Origin: Candidatus Hydrogenedentota bacterium
GTDB lineage: Bacteria; Hydrogenedentota; Hydrogenedentia; Hydrogenedentales; SLHB01
Direction: 5' to 3'
Length of the DNA: 34,939 nt
NCBI GenBank assembly: GCA_034408725.1
Contig: JAWXCN010000268.1
Span: forward strand, 1 to 34,939
Shown here: positions 33,585 to 34,939 of the stretch, in pieces
Layout: every line of letters starts with the position of its first letter
How positions within the stretch are numbered: the stretch's first letter is position 1
Notes under the pieces: model-generated
Databases searched by the model: none
Seen by the model: only the letters and a program-made list of their open reading frames with translations
Told to the model about the DNA's origin: nothing
Position numbers and translations under genes: made by a program

Positions 33585-34727
33585 ATGGTGCGATTTACCG
33601 AAGGCAATCTATTGGATGCGGACGTGGATGCCGTAGTGAATACGGTCAACACGGTCGGCGTGATGGGTAAAGGCATTGCCTTGATGTTCGAAGAACGGTT
33701 TCCCGAGAACTACAAGGCGTACGCGGCAGCGTGCAAAGCGGGCGAAGTCCAGGTCGGCAAAATGTTCGTTACCCAAAGTGTCGAGTTGGAAGGACCGCGC
33801 TGGATCATCAACTTTCCCACGAAGAACCATTGGCGACAGCCCACAAAATTGGAATGGGTCCGCGACGGATTGGCAGCGCTGAAAGAAATGGTTCGGGAGA
33901 AAGACATTCATTCCATCGCACTTCCCCCACTCGGCTGCGGCAATGGCGGCCTCGACTGGCATGATGTTCGTCCGATGATCGAGTCTGCGCTGGGTGATCT
34001 GGAGAATGTCGAGGTCGTAGTTTACGAACCGACGGCGAAATATCAGAATGTCGCCAGGAAGCAGGGCGTCGAGAAACTCACCTCTGCGCGCGCCCTCATC
34101 GCCGAAATGGTGCGCAGATATTGGGTGCTCGGAATCGAATGCACGCTGTTGGAAACGCAGAAGCTGGCATGGTTTCTGGAGCGCACTATCAAGCGCGTGG
34201 GTTTAGAAGACCCAATGAATCTGCAATTCATAGCAAATCGATATGGGCCGTATGCGAATAATCTAACGCATTTACTAAATGGATTGGATGGCAGTTATCT
34301 CCATTGCGATAAGCGCCTTGCGGACGCCAGCCCATTCGACACTATCTGGTTTGAAGATTCCAAGCGTGAGAAACTCAACTTGTATCTGAGAAGCGAGGCA
34401 AAAGCCTATCTCCCCGCACTCGAAGTAACTGATGAGTTGATAGATGGGTTTCAATCTCCTTTGGGCCTGGAAGCGCTGGCAACAGTCGACTGGTTAATTG
34501 AACGGGAAGGAGTGGCGCCAACCTTGCAAGGAATTCGCAGCGGAATTCGGAACTGGCCCGCGGGTGCAGAGCATGCCGAGCGCAAAGAAAAACTGTTTAA
34601 CGACCGGCTGCTAGAACTCGCGCTGGAACGTGTGCGCGGCCTCACCGGTTCGAAATGCGCGCCGAGCACTTCGACAAATCTACACCCGGTCCACGCGCCA
34701 CAACGCGTAGAGGCCGATCAGGCATAA
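33585..34727 (+). CDS. darG: DarG macrodomain DNA ADP-ribosyl glycohydrolase antitoxin
   Basis: [50 protein letters not shown], and C-terminal [27 protein letters not shown]. Confidence 0.95.
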   Translation: MVRFTEGNLLDADVDAVVNTVNTVGVMGKGIALMFEERFPENYKAYAAACKAGEVQVGKMFVTQSVELEGPRWIINFPTKNHWRQPTKLEWVRDGLAALKEMVREKDIHSIALPPLGCGNGGLDWHDVRPMIESALGDLENVEVVVYEPTAKYQNVARKQGVEKLTSARALIAEMVRRYWVLGIECTLLETQKLAWFLERTIKRVGLEDPMNLQFIANRYGPYANNLTHLLNGLDGSYLHCDKRLADASPFDTIWFEDSKREKLNLYLRSEAKAYLPALEVTDELIDGFQSPLGLEALATVDWLIEREGVAPTLQGIRSGIRNWPAGAEHAERKEKLFNDRLLELALERVRGLTGSKCAPSTSTNLHPVHAPQRVEADQA

Positions 34728-34939
34728 AACGGCGTTGGGGACAATACCCCGGACGATATATTCTTCGAGCGAATGGACGGAACCTACCTCAAGCAGAAGA
34801 CGCATGAGGTAGTAACCGCCTAGCAGCATGAGTCCGATCGCAAAACTGAACGAACGTCCGCTGCGCGGCGAGCGCACGGCGAGCGGCGCGGCGGCCAGGC
34901 TCACTGCGAGACACGCCAGCGGGAGCGTAACGCGATCGC
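34680..34939 (-). CDS. LptF/LptG-family LPS export permease, 3' part only
   Basis: Frame open from the window edge: [45 protein letters not shown]...[20 protein letters not shown], the typical last three TM helices of LptF/G. Confidence 0.82.
   Translation of the reverse strand, partial: DRVTLPLACLAVSLAAAPLAVRSPRSGRSFSFAIGLMLLGGYYLMRLLLEVGSVHSLEEYIVRGIVPNAVLCLIGLYALWRVDRV

Noticed and set aside
19836..34727. Functional link between nadE (NAD+ supply) and NAD+-consuming DarT
   Set aside because: They are 11 kb apart, separated by a core operon; nadE looks native and darTG acquired.

Overview
GC-rich chromosomal window from a diderm (LPS-making) bacterium. The gene set is compatible with a Hydrogenedentota/PVC-like lineage, but that is inference only. 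Left to right: the 5' part of a ROK-family gene; a Tat-exported Gfo/Idh/MocA oxidoreductase; a stand-alone cNMP-binding protein with a divergent hypothetical gene; a minus-strand run mtnA - FapA/DUF342-like - cmk - recJ; a seven-gene minus-strand run of mostly exported or membrane proteins; a membrane-anchored hypothetical; a GH2-like protein that appears to lack both catalytic glutamates; a coiled-coil/RGG-tail protein; glutamine-dependent nadE plus an exported PHP metallohydrolase; a 332-bp palindromic repeat array with perfect 31-bp terminal inverted repeats; the envelope cluster clpC-bamA-skp-skp-lpxD-lpxC/fabZ (no lpxA follows); a small accessory islet (membrane ORF, internally deleted rhuM remnant with a perfect palindrome, intact darT-darG); and the 3' end of an lptF/lptG gene that darG overlaps. 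At least two families of intergenic palindromic repeats occur. No rRNA, tRNA, CRISPR array, transposase or integrase was seen. All family calls come from motif recognition by eye, not from database searches.
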